64,000 nucleotides of DNA, taken from assembly GCA_973895155.1 (NCBI GenBank), contig OZ316892.1, positions 3,909,223 to 3,973,222 of the forward strand, in the 5' to 3' direction. Shown here in pieces: positions 1-13,921 of the stretch. The first letter of the stretch is position 1. Every line of letters starts with the position of its first letter. Made by a program: the position numbers and the translations under genes. This DNA is from Marsupella aquatica. Lineage: Eukaryota; Plantae; Marchantiophyta. The notes beneath the pieces were generated by a model. The model ran no database searches, was not told the DNA's origin, and saw nothing but the letters and a program-made list of their open reading frames with translations.

Positions 1-174
1 CCTAGACCTAGGGCCTAGAGATCGATGTACAAGTTCAAAAGCACCTTCCAAAGTAGAAGATCACGAGTTGCTAACTGTAAGTTCCGGAGGCCACTTTGAA
101 GTAGGATTCAAGATCACTGGGTTACTCTCTTACGGTGGCTAGTTCGTTTGACAATGTTAAACTTGTTACTGCAG

Positions 175-3100
175 GAATGCACAACAACTGGATTTGAAGG
201 ACCTTGTGATCGAAAAGTGCATCACCTGAGAGTGCTAGTTGACCAATATTGTATTTCTCGACATTTAAATCAGCCACAGATATTAGCCATAAGTACTACA
301 GTGATGGGACTAATGAAGAGTGACGGTATCCGGACAAAGCTCCTTCAAGGTCCTCCAGGTAAGCAAAGATTTTCGAGGAGATCAATGGGACGTCAATTCA
401 TGCGAAGTAAGTACGAGAATTGAATTTGAGATGATGGGGTAGAACTAACTTTTTAAAGTTGCGCGTCCGGATTGGACAGGAACAGGAAAGACCACAGTGA
501 TTACTATACTCGTATCGATCATAACTTCTTTGAAGGATCGTGTACTTGTTAGCGCTCCAACAAATCGAGCAGTTGCGGAAATCGCCGAAAGGTTTTTGAG
601 GACCTTGGGAATGGAACGGTCTGTCATACTTTCTCAAATGGCCGACTTAGTATCTCCGGCGGGTCTGGTGCGAAATGTCGCACCATTGCATATTGGGGAC
701 GTTCTGCTGGTTGGAAATGAGGGAAAAATAGAGACGGATGGTCCTCTTGGTGACATCTATCTGAACAATCGGATAAAACTCCTTGCGAAAGCAATGGCTC
801 CGCTCTCAGGCTGGCAAGCCTCAGCCCGAGAGGTCCTTGATATTTTGAGCACGGACTCTGGTCTGGTACAGTATAGAGAATACGAAAAACTTTGCGACAA
901 TGAAGAGCAGCCATGCCAAACATTTATGGAATTCATTCGACAGAAAATGAATAGTTTGGGCCAGAATTGGATCGAAAATGGTCGTGTGATGTGTAAACAC
1001 CTACCCAGCAAGGTACTGACTCCAAAAGCACGAAAGATGCTTGAATTATCATGTGATATTGTGGTAGAGCTCCTGAAGTGTCTGAGCAATGTAGACGCAC
1101 CCGCTAATGAAAGACGAGTAAGAAGTTGGTTTGGAGGTACATTCGAGGCGCAGCAGAAAACCCCTGCTTCAGAGAGAGGTTTCCACAGTGCTAAAGAGAA
1201 ACTGTTAGCCGTCATGGAGACTCGGCCTGGCTTTGATGTTCTGAAGACTGGAGTTGACGCAGAAACGTGCCGAAAGAATACATCGCTACTTTTCTGCACA
1301 ACTTCCATGGCAGGATCGGGACCCTTCGACTATGTGATTGTTGACGAAGCTGGGCAACTAGTTGAGGCTGAGACGGCTATTATCACACAACTGGAAGGAG
1401 TGAACCAAATGCTGTTGGTTGGGGATCCAAACCAACTGCGAGCTATGGTCACAAGTCAGGTAACGTGTGTTCAAACTTACCGCCTACTTTGCAAAGTCTC
1501 TTGAATCTTGATGCTGTATGTATTTTTTCTTTTAATAATTCTTAAATAATACTTCGTGAAACCATTACGATCACATGAAATCACATGAAATTTGAAGGAG
1601 TCCGATCATTGTTTAGTTTTGCCTTCCGCTTCCTTAACATGTTTATTTTCTGGGCTCAATTTTCAGCGAGCTATTCGTTTTACCCCTTACACTGAATTGA
1701 TTTGATTGAACATGATGTGTGCACCTGTACGGGATGCAGATATCCAAACGAAGTGGGTACGACAGAAGCCTGTTCGACAGGCTTCAGACATTGGGTCACC
1801 CATATCAAATTCTAAAGATTCAGTACCGAATGCATCCGGAGATAAGCAGGTTCCCAAATCAACAGTTCTATAAAGGCATTCTCGAGGATGCACCAGACGT
1901 TCAGTACGAATCTTACAGAAGATCATGCCAAGACTACTATGGGCCCTACGCTTTTATAAATGTAAGGGACGGAGAAGAAGAACGAGGCAGAACTGGAAAA
2001 TCCTTTGAAAACACTATGGAATGCGACGTTGTGCAGTACATTCTCAACCAACTCGAAGCTGGTGAGTTATGTCAGTAGCATCATGCAGATTTCTTGTGGA
2101 CTTTGCAGTCTGTGCAGCTAAGTAATGAACCGATGTAATCCAATCCATAAAGAGTTGCTCAAAATTGATTATGTTTTGCAGAAAACAATAGGAATTTGAG
2201 CGTGGGAGTCATTTCTCCATACCGGGGCCAGATTGAGAAAATGAGGAAGCGCTTACCTACTCTTGCCCCTGGTACCTCGAAGCATAAAACTGCTAGACTG
2301 GACGTTGATTTCAGGACAGTGGACGGATTTCAAGGAGGAGAAAGAGACGTCATCATCTTTTCAGCTGTAAGGGCGAACTCTGCAGGAAAAATCGGATTCT
2401 TGGACGATTTTCGAAGACTGAATGTGGCTCTAACCCGCGGCAGGTTGACATCGTAGAATGCCTACGTACATTTTCAAGTCCTTATGTCTATCGTTTTAGG
2501 AGTCTGGTGCATCGGATGCAAGAGATATTAGCTAGACAACATATTATAAGAAAACAAATGAACATACGAAGCTGCACCATTACATCGTTCTTAGCTAGAT
2601 GTAGGAATTGGCTACTTCACAGCACCTCTTGACGAAACTTTGGACAATGGACACAAGCAATACAGGTGTCAATTTTTAGCCTAGTTTGGAGCTTTTCTTA
2701 GTACTTGTTTGCTTATCCTGCCGGAGCGTGCAACATTGATGGTTACTATGTTGGGCTTTTTGAATGTAATTCAATTGGTTTTTTCGAGGCAAAAAATATA
2801 TACATTGATGGTTATTATGTTTATTCAATCAGGCTGGATTGACCATCAATGTTGCACGCTCCAAACTCTTGAGGTAGTTGGTGACTTCTTTCTAGCGGCC
2901 AAGGCTAGGAGTCCTTCCTGTTCAAGGCCGGGTCAATTATATCTTAGTAGCCAACATCTCTAACTTTGTGCAGTTTCTAACTGTGCTCAAACTAACTTGT
3001 TGAAAATACCATGATCTACAGGTACTGTCTCTTTATCATTGGTCATGAGCCCACATTAGGTTCCAATGATCCTCTGTGGAGAGCACTCATCGCGGACGCC

Positions 3101-3698
3101 AAGAAGAGGCTCTGCTACCGCAATGCAAGTACTAGTCCAAATCTGGGGGTCGAAATTCCCATGCAAATGCTTAGCCTTCGGTAAGAATTTCCTTTAAGCA
3201 AAGCGTGAGATTACAAATAATAGTACACTGAAACATAATATTTTGCTTCGTCTCATTCGCTCTTAGGAACTGGGGCCTGATAATCTAAATTTCAAGAGCG
3301 TAAAAACATTTCCTCTGATGAGCTCCATTTTACCTGCATTTCAGGGAATGTAGTCTACATACTGAGTAGTAGTAGGATCATTCTGATTTGGCAATTTCCT
3401 GTGAGAATTTGAAGCTACCCCAACATCCTCACACTTTATCATTTATTGATTTGGAACGAAAGTATCATCAGAGCAATCTATAACCATATCCTGGAAATGA
3501 TGAAAACCTAGTGTAAGATACCTCGTCCCATAATTGTAAGTTTATGTGGATGGCAGGATTCTGTTACTTTTCAACTAAATCTGTGGCACTGTTTATGTTG
3601 CCCGTCTCAGGAGTGGGGAGGAAATGGTGGAAGACTTCACAGTCGTGTTGAAGAAGCTCCAAAACTGTTCGTTGAATGGTGAGACAAATCGTCTTTAA
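175..3698 (+). CDS. UPF1/SEN1-like (DNA2/NAM7, superfamily 1) helicase, 3' portion; the 5' end probably lies upstream of the window
   Basis: Exons bounded by GT-AG at about 175-358, 480-1459, 1740-2061, 2182-2443, 3022-3180 and 3611-3698 splice in frame. Walker A GPPG|TGKT is split by intron 1. SF1 motifs present: [74 protein letters not shown]. Stop TAA at 3696-3698. Confidence 0.9.
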
Positions 3699-4707
3699 TG
3701 AAGTTATACTTGCGTGATAGTTTCAAAGCGTTTCCGATTCGAAATTGGCCAAATTAGTTTTCAACACAAGTGCCCGGACGTTTAACTCACTTCTCTTTGA
3801 CATTCTTAGCTCAAGTCTGGTATTGGTGCCTGTTCACAAATTAGCATGCAGACAGTTGCAAAACGGAAACGTGGAACTAATGAGACTTCCATACGGAAAC
3901 GAACCTCGTCTAGAATGCCAATGGAGTTGAATGTAAGCAACTATTTTTGTATTTTCAGTGGGAGTTTTTCTGTTCAAGTGCACTAAGTTTTATCCAGAAG
4001 TTTGATATTTTTCTCAACAGGCGCATGTGTAGAGTTTGTAGAGATTATGTTTGCGCCAATTTTTCAAATCTTGTGAAATACAAACTTACTGACCTATTGA
4101 TAACATTTTTTCGGTGTATCGAAAGGTAACGCTCAGTTTGAAGTGGTAAAGAACATATCAAGGTGATTTTGGTGGAAGATTTGTTAGCTTGGATGTCATA
4201 GCTTGGATTGTCTGTAGATTGCATAAACGATTAAGTCGTCTATCAAATCATTCGCACAGTGTTCAATTTTTGCATCGTGAGATATACGAAAGGAAGAAGT
4301 CCAGAATTTTCAGAAGCCATGGCATTATCATTTGCCACGTAAGATACACGAAGTTAAGAAAGCCCGCACATTCAGCAAACATGACATTATCATGTCTAGC
4401 ATCCGTGGAATGTACAAAGAAAGCACTGTCAAATAAACATGTACAAAGCAACCCGCACTTTCACAAACCATGTTCAAAGAACTTTCGCACTTCTATATGA
4501 ATACAATATCATTTCTGGAACAATTATTCCATTGAATGTACAAGATCGAATATCAACTTTTGCAGATATTTACTCTATTGACAATCCTGTTACACAAAAG
4601 TTTTAAAACACAGAACAGTTTTGCGCTGCCTCCACTACTCCAATATTTCTTCTATTTCAGTTTTTCTGTACTGATAACTGAATTATTAAAAAGCGAACAT
4701 TTGAATT

Positions 4708-7109
4708 TTAGACATCTCCATCCCAAAATTCTGCAACAATTTTAGCTTCGTCCATTCCTTCTGATACGTATATTTCCGCCCCCGCGTTTGTTCGTTTCTG
4801 CGATTGTCAATGCCATATACCAATCAGCGCACACCCTATTTTGTCTAGAGTAAGTAGAGAACGGATTTTGATGTAATTTATAAGTATAGTAAGCGATGTA
4901 TTCTATATGTACAAACGGACGACAACATTCATATTAAAACGCTACTCCAGTTTCTTTTAGTGGGAAATAATGCAGTTGAAAGCGGAAACATCACAAACAA
5001 TCTACACTCAGAAGGTTAGAAGCAGAAAAGATGTGCAACTGATAAACACCTGATATGGGAGAGTGCTGAGTTTGTGAAAGTCCTCAGGAGAGAGGGACCA
5101 GCCGAATACATCTTCATTCTCCTTAATTCTGTGTTCACTTGACGATTTCGGAATTGCACTGACTCCATGTTGAATGCACCATCTGAGAATAACCTGAGCT
5201 GGACTTTTACCATATTTCTTTGCTACCTGCGTCAACTCCACAATTATCCACGGCATTAGCATATGAAGTATCTTCAAAGTTAGTTATACTTTGAATTTGC
5301 TAATATACAAAATTGTAGCTCAAAATCTATGAACTTTCACATACTCACCTCAGTTATGGTAGCATCATTCATGAGATCAACTTGTGAAGAACCGAGAGGA
5401 GAATATGCCTACCAACAGTACAACAAGTACGATGATTAGATGAAATATCATCAATACTAAGGAAATTGCACCTTTTCGAGTATTTCACGTCGTATTCGTA
5501 TTTCCATCAACGAGTTCCCGAGCTAAATGTGGAGATCATCTACGAAAAATATCATACCGTGACATGATAGTTATTTTTCTTCGCATGCTCCAAAACTCTC
5601 TCATTCCTCCACGCAGGATGCAGCTCCACCTGCAAACGAAATGATAAGATGACTTAGGCAATGCCAAGTTCATTTGAACACTGAAAGATACTTATTACCA
5701 AAAAGGTACATACTTAATGTTTAAAAATTCGCAAACGATATAGTGATATTTACCTGGTGAACTGCGGGTAAAATTGTCGCTTCCTTCAAGAGAATTTCCA
5801 GTTTGGGTACAGAGTAGTTGCTCACACCAATACTTCGCACAAGACCCTCCTTCACGAGTCCCTCGAGAGCCTTCCACGTTCCGGCAATATCGTATGGCAA
5901 AACATCTTCCTTCCTTTTCGGGGGCATGCTTGCAGTCTCAGTATTATGGACGGGCCAGTGCACCTGCCCCAGTTTCGTGTTGTTAGTATGCATGTTCTCA
6001 TATAATTTCGGAAACTTCGACGAAGACCAAAGCTTCGAGAGTGCATTATCAAGTTGTCGGTCGATGTTAAGGTGGAAATTGTAGGCATACCAGATAAAGA
6101 TCCAAGTAAGTTAACCCCAACTCATTCAAAGTTTGAAGTAGCGCTGGCTTTACTTTCTCGGGTGAGTTGGATGTGATCCTGCAAAATTGCAAAGGACTTT
6201 GATGAGATCGTTCTGAATGAACAACATTTCCACCAGTATCTCAGCTTAGGGCTTCTCATTTCAAATGTCTGGGCAATAGCAGCTGCACATCAACCAGGAC
6301 ATAATCAAGAATGCCACTTGAATTGCCAGAAGCATCGTTGTTGGGAGGCTTGTTTCAAACCTAGCCATCTGGCTTTCAAGAGTTAAACGACAGGAGCAAC
6401 CGAGAAGAACCATTACCAGAGCTTGGAGGTGATAAACACATCTTCACGCTTGATTCCAACATCCCAAGCTGCTTGGAACCCAGTCCCCACCTTCACACAT
6501 CCAGATAACAAAACAGTCGGAAAAAATGTACCAGAAGAGCGGGCAGAAGACTCCCGAAACAATACATAAACAGTATCCAGCCTCCAGTGCTTGCCAATTA
6601 ACTCAAATTTGACTGGTATAAAGGAGCTACGAATGTGGGAGAGTTCACAGCCCTCATCGTCCATTGTCGTTCATACAGTAAATATTTAAACAAGTGATCT
6701 TACCTCTTCTTGGTTACCGTATATGTAGGCACAATCAATTTGACGATATCCTCCCTGCATGCGTCAAAAGTACAACCGCATTCCATCACCATGAGCACAC
6801 CAGCTAGAGCATTCTCAAAACGCATTTAACATGGGTCTCCCGACTGTACTTCTCACATCACGAAAGACAATCGCACACCGCAAGCAATGCATCCAGGCTA
6901 TGCAAATCGAAAATACTCGAATGACGGAAAGACGGAAAGACAGGACTGGTGATGCAAGGCACCTCAACGAGAGCAGTTAACACGGCATCCCTCACAACCC
7001 CGGGATCAGTCTTCCATGTGCCGAGTCCCAGAGCCGGAATCTTGTGTCCCGAATTGAGTGGGAAGTAGGCTTGCCCCACGTCCTTGTCTGCCTTCAAAGC
7101 CTGTGCCAT
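4708..7109 (-). CDS. NADPH-dependent aldo-keto reductase (AKR4C-like), 9 exons
   Basis: Exons at about 6963-7109, 6704-6754, 6417-6490, 6092-6178, 5754-5963, 5557-5628, 5349-5410, 5050-5227 and 4708-4797. Motifs: [15 protein letters not shown], catalytic tetrad in IDCAYIYGN / TSKLW / VHWP, SIGVSNY, AYSPLG, IPKS, and C-terminal EFWDGDV*. Confidence 0.92.
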
Positions 7110-7899
7110 TTTGCTACCTCTAGCCAGTCAGATTCTCCTGCAAGCGAACCGGTATTACCAGACCGATGAAGCAATTCTTGTCCGAAGTTTCTATACGATC
7201 TTCAAGAAATCAACCAAATACTTGACGAATAGAGCAATGCGATTGATGGGCTGAAATTGTCCGCAGTGTGCATCCAAACTTTAACATGTACAAGTCGATT
7301 GAAATTGCGATTCTTGTGCGTGCGACTGAGTATGATATAGCTCTGGGGAGGCCAGGGGCAGTTGCAGAGGTTGCCAGTTCAATAATGAATCACACTCGCC
7401 ACGAGAACGAACACATGGAATTTGAGGCAGATGGCGAGGAGCTGGGGCGCCCAAGTGGCGGACCCAGTGGCCAAATCCCGAGTCGCCAAATGCCGAATCG
7501 ACGTTGCGATACGCACTGCATTGAGGAGGGACGATTGTGTGGTCCGCCGAGACGATCTTGCCGTGGCGAGCTCCGGCGGTGCCAAAGGAGCGTCGATCGA
7601 CCGTTCTCTCGCTTTTCGTACTCTGCATGCGTTAAGAGAAAAGTTATAGAGCGATTTGGAGAGGCAAGAGAAAGAGAGAAAGAGCCCGGTTTCCATTGAC
7701 AACTGGCATTTGCCAACATCGATAAAATTTTAACTACCCAAAGCCTTGTGCAGTGTCATCAAGCACTAATTAATTGTGAGTATAACAATGGATTCTGTAC
7801 AGCTTAGCAGTTTCTATCAACCTATCTTAATGATTGACCAAGTGTAAATCTGGATCTGCACTAATTGTGCATTTTTTTCCTAAATGATTACCACTTGAT

Positions 7900-8200
7900 G
7901 TCCCCAGGGGGTGTCAAATACCCTCCGGCACCTGACTAATATGGGTGGCTTTACAAGACTTTGGGGGCAGTCCGGCACCTGACTAATAAGGGTGGCTTTA
8001 CAAGACATGAGGGGCAGTTTTCACTTTTCTTTTTGTCTCCAAGATCTGATCTAATGGGAGCCATTCATTTGGGAGAAACTGCTGCTGTTCGCTTTACAAA
8101 ACATTAGGGGGTGTCAAAGACTCTCTGGCACCTGACTAATAAACTAAGGTGGCTTTACAAGACTTTGGGGCAGTTTCCATTATTTTTTTTGGTCTTCAAG
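7900..8200. repeat. Degenerate local tandem repeat with core ccggcacctgactaat..ggtggctttacaagac
   Basis: Core recurs at about 7925, 7971 and 8126, with partial echoes near 8405 and 8900. Confidence 0.7.
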
Positions 8201-8939
8201 ATCTGATCAGAGCCATCCATTTGGGAGAAACTGCTGCTGTTCAAATGTTAGGGGCACTTTCAACCAAACCTGCTACCAATCCTACATGGAATGTAATGGG
8301 GGCCAATTTTTGCTTATGTGGAGCACTCTTTTGTCCTAATCTTAGACCACCTGTGTTGGAGGTCTCTTTTTCTGGCCCCTTGGGGTCCATTTCTATTTGC
8401 ACTTGGCTTTACAAGTCCTTGGGGGCAATAAAAAGGATTCAAAGAATGCTTTTAGCCCCAGGACACTATACTTATTGTGTGCAATGGCCCTCCAGTTTGC
8501 TTTGGTGGAAACACCTCCCAGGTGCCCAACGTCTTGTAAAGTACTCCTGGTGACCCTCCTATGCGGTGTACTTGAGAGCTCTACCAGACTTTTCAGTTCT
8601 TTGCCGAGCAGGGTGTCAGCTAGTCTTCTAGGCCACTTAGTGGAATCTTTGGTTGGTAACTTACTTTTGTTGTGGGGGGGGGCCCTTGGCTTTTGGGCTT
8701 CTTCTCTTTACTTTGGGCTTTTTCCCCTCCCTTTTTCCCTTTTTTGGGTTGCTTTGCCTTTGGGACCTTATCTCCCAATTTGCTGTTTTTGTTGTTTGCA
8801 CTGTCCTGTATAGATTACCACTCTATGTACTAGGGAGTGTTATCCTGTATAGATTATTTACCACTTGATGTACTAGGGAGTGTTAAAGACCTTACCTACA
8901 CCTGACTATGGATGTCCGTTCTACATTCGGAAATGAAGC

Positions 8940-9495
8940 ACCTTAGCCCTGTCCTGCAAGAGTTGTCCCCACGATTTTCCTTGTTAAACCGGTAGGTTCA
9001 CTTTTTGCGTCACTGTTATGCATGGGGTCAAAGTTAATCCCTTGCCCTTTATTTTTTGCTGTAAAGGAGACCCATAAAAGTTCTTTCTTATATTAAAATA
9101 ATGGCTGTCTTGCCTGGGGTTACTACCATGTGATCCTGTGACCAGAAAGTGAGGAAAACTTGATCCACAACAGCCATGAAGCACTTTTGAGCGTTTTTGG
9201 ATGAGGGTTGAGACTAGAATCTCTACCCAGACCTCCTTTATAGTACATAATGACTGTCCGGATTGAGTTTATTTTGGGCAAAAGATTATGGGAATAGCAG
9301 GTGCCTCTGGTTGTACACACCAGTAACCTGCATTTTGTACAGAAATTATGGACATTTGTTCTAGGTTTGGAAGAAAAGCAGGAAGTAAGCTTGTGGGTCA
9401 CTCTAGCCCTGTCATGCAAGAGTTACCTTCTGTGATGTTCACTTTCACTTGTAACATCACAGTTATGGCATGGGTCGGGTCAAAGTCAGTCCCGC
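8940..9495. repeat. Pair of degenerate ~100-bp direct repeats (8940-9040 and 9400-9495)
   Basis: tagccctgtc(c/a)tgcaagagtt...ttcactt...gttatg...gggtcaaagt(t/c)a(a/g)tccc occurs in both. Confidence 0.6.
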
Positions 9496-9689
9496 TGTCG
9501 TGACATATAGTATCGTAGCCATAGTGTATCAAAAACATACAAGTCACCGGCAATGCATAATTATGTGCAAGCTGCTAGCAACCATCATGCATAGAAAAAA
9601 TCCAATCACATTCACAAGTGCCAAGAAAAAGCAACTGAGGTGGTATGTACGTAATGGAGGTGTAAACCTTTGTATTCTTTCAAAGAGTC

Positions 9690-11696
9690 ATGGATCGACC
9701 AGGTTCTTCAAGGTGCTGAGTTTCTGAAATGCTACATTGATGATGTGTTGGTCCACAGCAAAGGATTTAACCAGCATCTACTTGACATTGAGGAGCTATT
9801 CATGAGGCTTAAGAAGGTGAACCTAAAGATACACCCCAAGAAGTGTGAATTTGTTGTCAGATCAGTAGTATATCTTGGGCATCGCATCCTTCCAAATGGA
9901 ACCATGGCTCACTGGGCCAAGGTGGTCTTGGAAATGCCCACTCCTACTGATGTTCACACTTTGAGGAGTTTTATTGGATTGTGAAATTATTACCGGATCT
10001 ACATCAAAGATTTCAGTACCATTGCACACCCATTGTATGCTTTGTTGAAAAAGAATGTGACTTGGACATGGAGTACAGATGCTGAGGCAGCATTTGCCAC
10101 TTTGAAGGAGAAGCTCTCAGAATACCCGGTGTTGAGAAGACCTGATTTCAGCAAGGTCTTTGTGTTACACACAGATTGGAGTGCCCTTGGGATTGGTGTC
10201 ATTCTGGGCCAGCATGATGAGGAAGGTGAAGAGTACGTCATTGCCTATGCATCCAGGAGCAACAATCAGGCAGAGAGTCATTATTCTTCTTATGAGGGTG
10301 AATGCCTTGCTGTTGTGTGGGCTGTCATACATTACAGGCCCTACCTCTATGGGACCAGGTTTACTCTCTACACCGACCACCAGCCCTTGAAGTGGTTGAT
10401 GACTAACGACAAGCTTACTAGCAAGCTTGCTCGTTGGGCACTCATCCTCCAGGAGTATGACTTTGAGGTAATTCATAGGCCTGGTTTGACACATCAAAAT
10501 GCTGACACTATGTCCCGCAGCCCTTTGATCACCTCTGATGATTCCTCAGATGCACGGCAAGATTTTGACCAGGTTTCCATCCTGCCTACATTTCATGCAT
10601 CGACCTATCTTGCTTTGCTGCCATGCTATGTTGTTGACCAACCTGTGGTGGACATATGGGAGGACAGCGACACTCTGAGATTTCTGCAGCATGGGGAGTA
10701 CCCCACACATGTTATTGCTGCCCAGAGAGACCGAATTCAGCAAAGGTCCAAGCACTACTTGTGGAAGGGAGATCATCTCGTGCGCTGCTTGCCAGACAGG
10801 GAAGTGATGGTTCCACCCATTCATGAGAGGGTTGGCCTTATCCGTAAGGTACATTCTGAGCTTGGTCATTTTGGCGTTAAGAGGACTTACAGCCTCTTGG
10901 TCCCTCATTGTCATTGGAGAGGCATGCATGGCCAGGTTCGAGATGTTATTGCCCGGTGTGAGCAGTGTGATAGGGTAAGGACTTCTTTCACATCTCGGCA
11001 ACCCACACTTCATCCACTCCCTATTCATGGCATGTTTTATCATGTGATTTGGCTGGAGAATTACCCCTCACATCTCGGGGTAATCTCTACATCATGATCA
11101 TGATAGAGCATTTCTCCAAGTGAATAGAACTTGTGGCATTGCCGGATAAGACCTCCCGTAGCACCAGCCAGGCATTCCTGCAACAAGTTCTCAGCCGCTT
11201 TGGAGCTTGTGCAGAATGTCTCACTGACCAAGGCTCAGAGTTTAGAGAAGAGTTCCAAGAGCTGCTTGATCAGGCCCTCATTGATCATCGTCGGACATCA
11301 CGAGATCACCCACAGGCAGATGGCTTGGCAGAGCGCATGGTTCAGACATGCAAGAAGGGTCTCCGGAACATTTGCCTCACCAAAAACAAGGAGGATTGGG
11401 ACCTGGCCTTACCCTACATTGCCATGGGGTATAGGATGTCCAGACATGCATCACTGTCTAACTTTTCTCCCTACTTCTTGTTGTTTGGTCGTCACCCAGT
11501 TCCACCTTCTGCTATTGCTGCTCACATGCTTCAGGTGGTGGACTTGGATTCAACTGTGACTTGGTCTGATGTGATCTCTGAGAGGGCTGCCCTATTTAGG
11601 AGGGTTATGCCCATGGCCATGGAGAATTTGGCCATTGCACAGCACAGGGACACACTGCGTTATGCACACACACGAGGGGGCACTTTTCAGCCGTAA
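9690..11696 (+). mobile_element. Degenerate Ty3/gypsy pol fragment (RT C-terminus, RNase H, integrase), no LTRs seen
   Basis: RT CYIDDVLVHS...HPKKCEF; RNase H LHTDWSALGIG...AYASRSNN...YSSYEGECLAVVWAV...YTDHQPL; integrase HHCC (HSELGHFG...CEQC) and core LTDQGSEF...DHPQADGLAERMVQT. Domain order RT-RH-INT is gypsy type. Disrupted by stops or a frameshift near 9982, 11040 and 11120. Confidence 0.93.
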
Positions 11697-13622
11697 GAGA
11701 AACAATTGTACTGAAATCGAATCGAAAACCAGCAGGATGCCAAGATCGGTCGGGAGCATCTAACGAATCACTGTGTGAATCCCGTGTACGGAACCGACGA
11801 GCACTGTCTGAGCTCTGTCAACAGCGATTCAAGAAGAACTAAAAACCAACAAAGAAAGACATGCCCTAAGTAAACAAAGTCCTGATGTGCATAAGAGGCA
11901 CTGTCCCTTGGCATGACACCTTGCTATTTGTTTTTCATATAAATTAATGAGACCCATAACCATTCTTACATACCACACTTTGGAGTCTCCCATTAGGAAG
12001 CCTTAAGGATGTGTCTTTGAAGACCCCTAGTATTATGAACGGATTGACTACAATGCCTCTGCCTAAGTGCACCCCATACAAGTGCAACCCCTCATTTAGT
12101 GCATTGGAGGAGTTTCTTTCCCTCCCTGGACCCCAGCATTAGTAATAATGGATCAGATGTGTGCATGAATAGAGGGTGTAATAAGTTGAATTTTGGATTA
12201 GATTTTCTACTCAGGTTTACATTAACAGCGGTCAGCTTTGTTCCGCAGACAATTATCATAGCTAATTCAGGCCCGACATAAATTGTGGCCACATGAATTT
12301 GATTGAAGTGTGGTTTCTAGTATAGACGTGGGTTTCACACTTCTTGTCATGATGGGTCCACATGGCAGTCTTTAATGATGCATAATTTCTTTCGCATTGG
12401 TATATTGGAACACATGTACACTACAGAGATATTTAAACCCTTATATTTACACCCCAATGGGCACAGGGTAACCATGTTTAGAGGATGGGCATCAGCCAAA
12501 GAGGTCCATCTCAGGGATGGGCATCCAAAGGGGAAAAGACATGGGGGGTTTGGAGTGGTTTAAGGAGTGGTTTAGGAGAGCTTCTGAGTGGTTTTGGCCT
12601 GGGTTTTGGAGGGAGGATTTGGATGGCTCCTTAACCAGAAAACATCTGAAATGACGGGGATGTTTGCTCATTTGTCCTTAGGTTCATTGTCTTTGACTGT
12701 GATGGTGAGTTGATATCTGTACCTCTGACTTATCTTTAGTATTTCCATCAAATCAGATGTGAGGAAGAAAGCAACACAGACTTCAAAATTATACTTGTAG
12801 CTGACCAGTTCTTTGTACTCAACTCCCTTTCATTGGATGTTTTTTTACCAATTCTCAAATTGTGCGAAGTGCAGTAGGGACGACGAGTATATTGCCTCAA
12901 ACAACTCCACCCACTCGAGGAAACATCACAGCAAGAAGCGTGAATCTAGCTCTGGGCCTGAACGTGACAGTCTTACTTTCAGCAATTTGTGGACTCGGTC
13001 GACTGGAGCTGATGTGCTTTCAATTCAGACAAGTGCTTTCCAGTAACTAGTCAACTCAACACCTATTGAGGTAGTTTGTGGTGAAATAACTGATGGGGTT
13101 GAAAGATCTCCATCAAATTCAATTCAATTTGTAGTGGTCATCTTGAGAATTCTTTTCCTAAATTACTATGTTGTACTGTTGTTTAAAATGGTCTGAATCA
13201 AATGGCCCACCTTCCCGGATCCAGTTCCTTTGCGTGCTCAGTCCCATCCATCTAGCAAGCAGGATTGGTGGCTCTGCAGAAACTTCAAAATCATACCAGT
13301 TCTGGGTCAATTAGGGTTGTTGGTTTGCACTGATCCCCGTCTTACAAAGCTAAATTTTCTGGATGCGACAGTTTCAGCATCTCGAATTCACAAATTTGTA
13401 TGGTGGGCGACAAGCTTGACAGCCATTCTCTTTGGTCAGGATGGTGGATGCAAATTTGTACTCGTCCATTTTGGTAAGTCTTGGAACTTTATTGATAGTT
13501 TTATTTGTAATTGATTAATTCTCCCACTTCTTCACTGAAGCTTCAGGTTACACAACTATGTAATCTTACTTTCGTAAACTTTCACTTTCTGTTTCTATCA
13601 AAGTTGCTCACTCCTTTTGAAG

Positions 13623-13921
13623 GGGTATGGCACGTGTGACACTAAACATGTTTTACTAGTACCAGCAATTTTTTCCTGTTACCAGCAAAATGACAATCTA
13701 AAATTATCTCCTAAAAAGTCTCATTTTCTGAAAAAATTAAAATACAACATTTTTTGGCTAGCTTCGGGCGCTACTATTACCAGTGCCAGGTGCTAGCAAA
13801 ACAAATTTGTCGGCCAAAAACAAACTTTTTCAAACAAAATATAAATAAAACCCACTCATTTCCTGTTACCAATTTTTATTTCCTGTAATTGTTTGTTGTT
13901 TCCTGTCATTTATAAATACCT
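13623..13921. mobile_element. Putative non-autonomous Mutator-like element (MITE)
   Basis: Flanked by a perfect 9-bp direct repeat CTTTTGAAG (13614-13622 and 13922-13930). Ends gggtat.../...atacct are imperfectly inverted. Internal tttcctgttacca motifs recur. Confidence 0.55.

Noticed and set aside
3230-3540. Minus-strand peptides (ELIRGNVF..., LQLWDE) resembling an AKR last exon nested in a helicase intron
   Set aside because: A proper terminal AKR exon with acceptor and EFWDGDV* was found at 4708-4797.
7268-7719. Five overlapping ORFs of 75-143 aa upstream of the AKR gene
   Set aside because: GC-rich promoter-proximal sequence open in several frames, with no domain or splice support.
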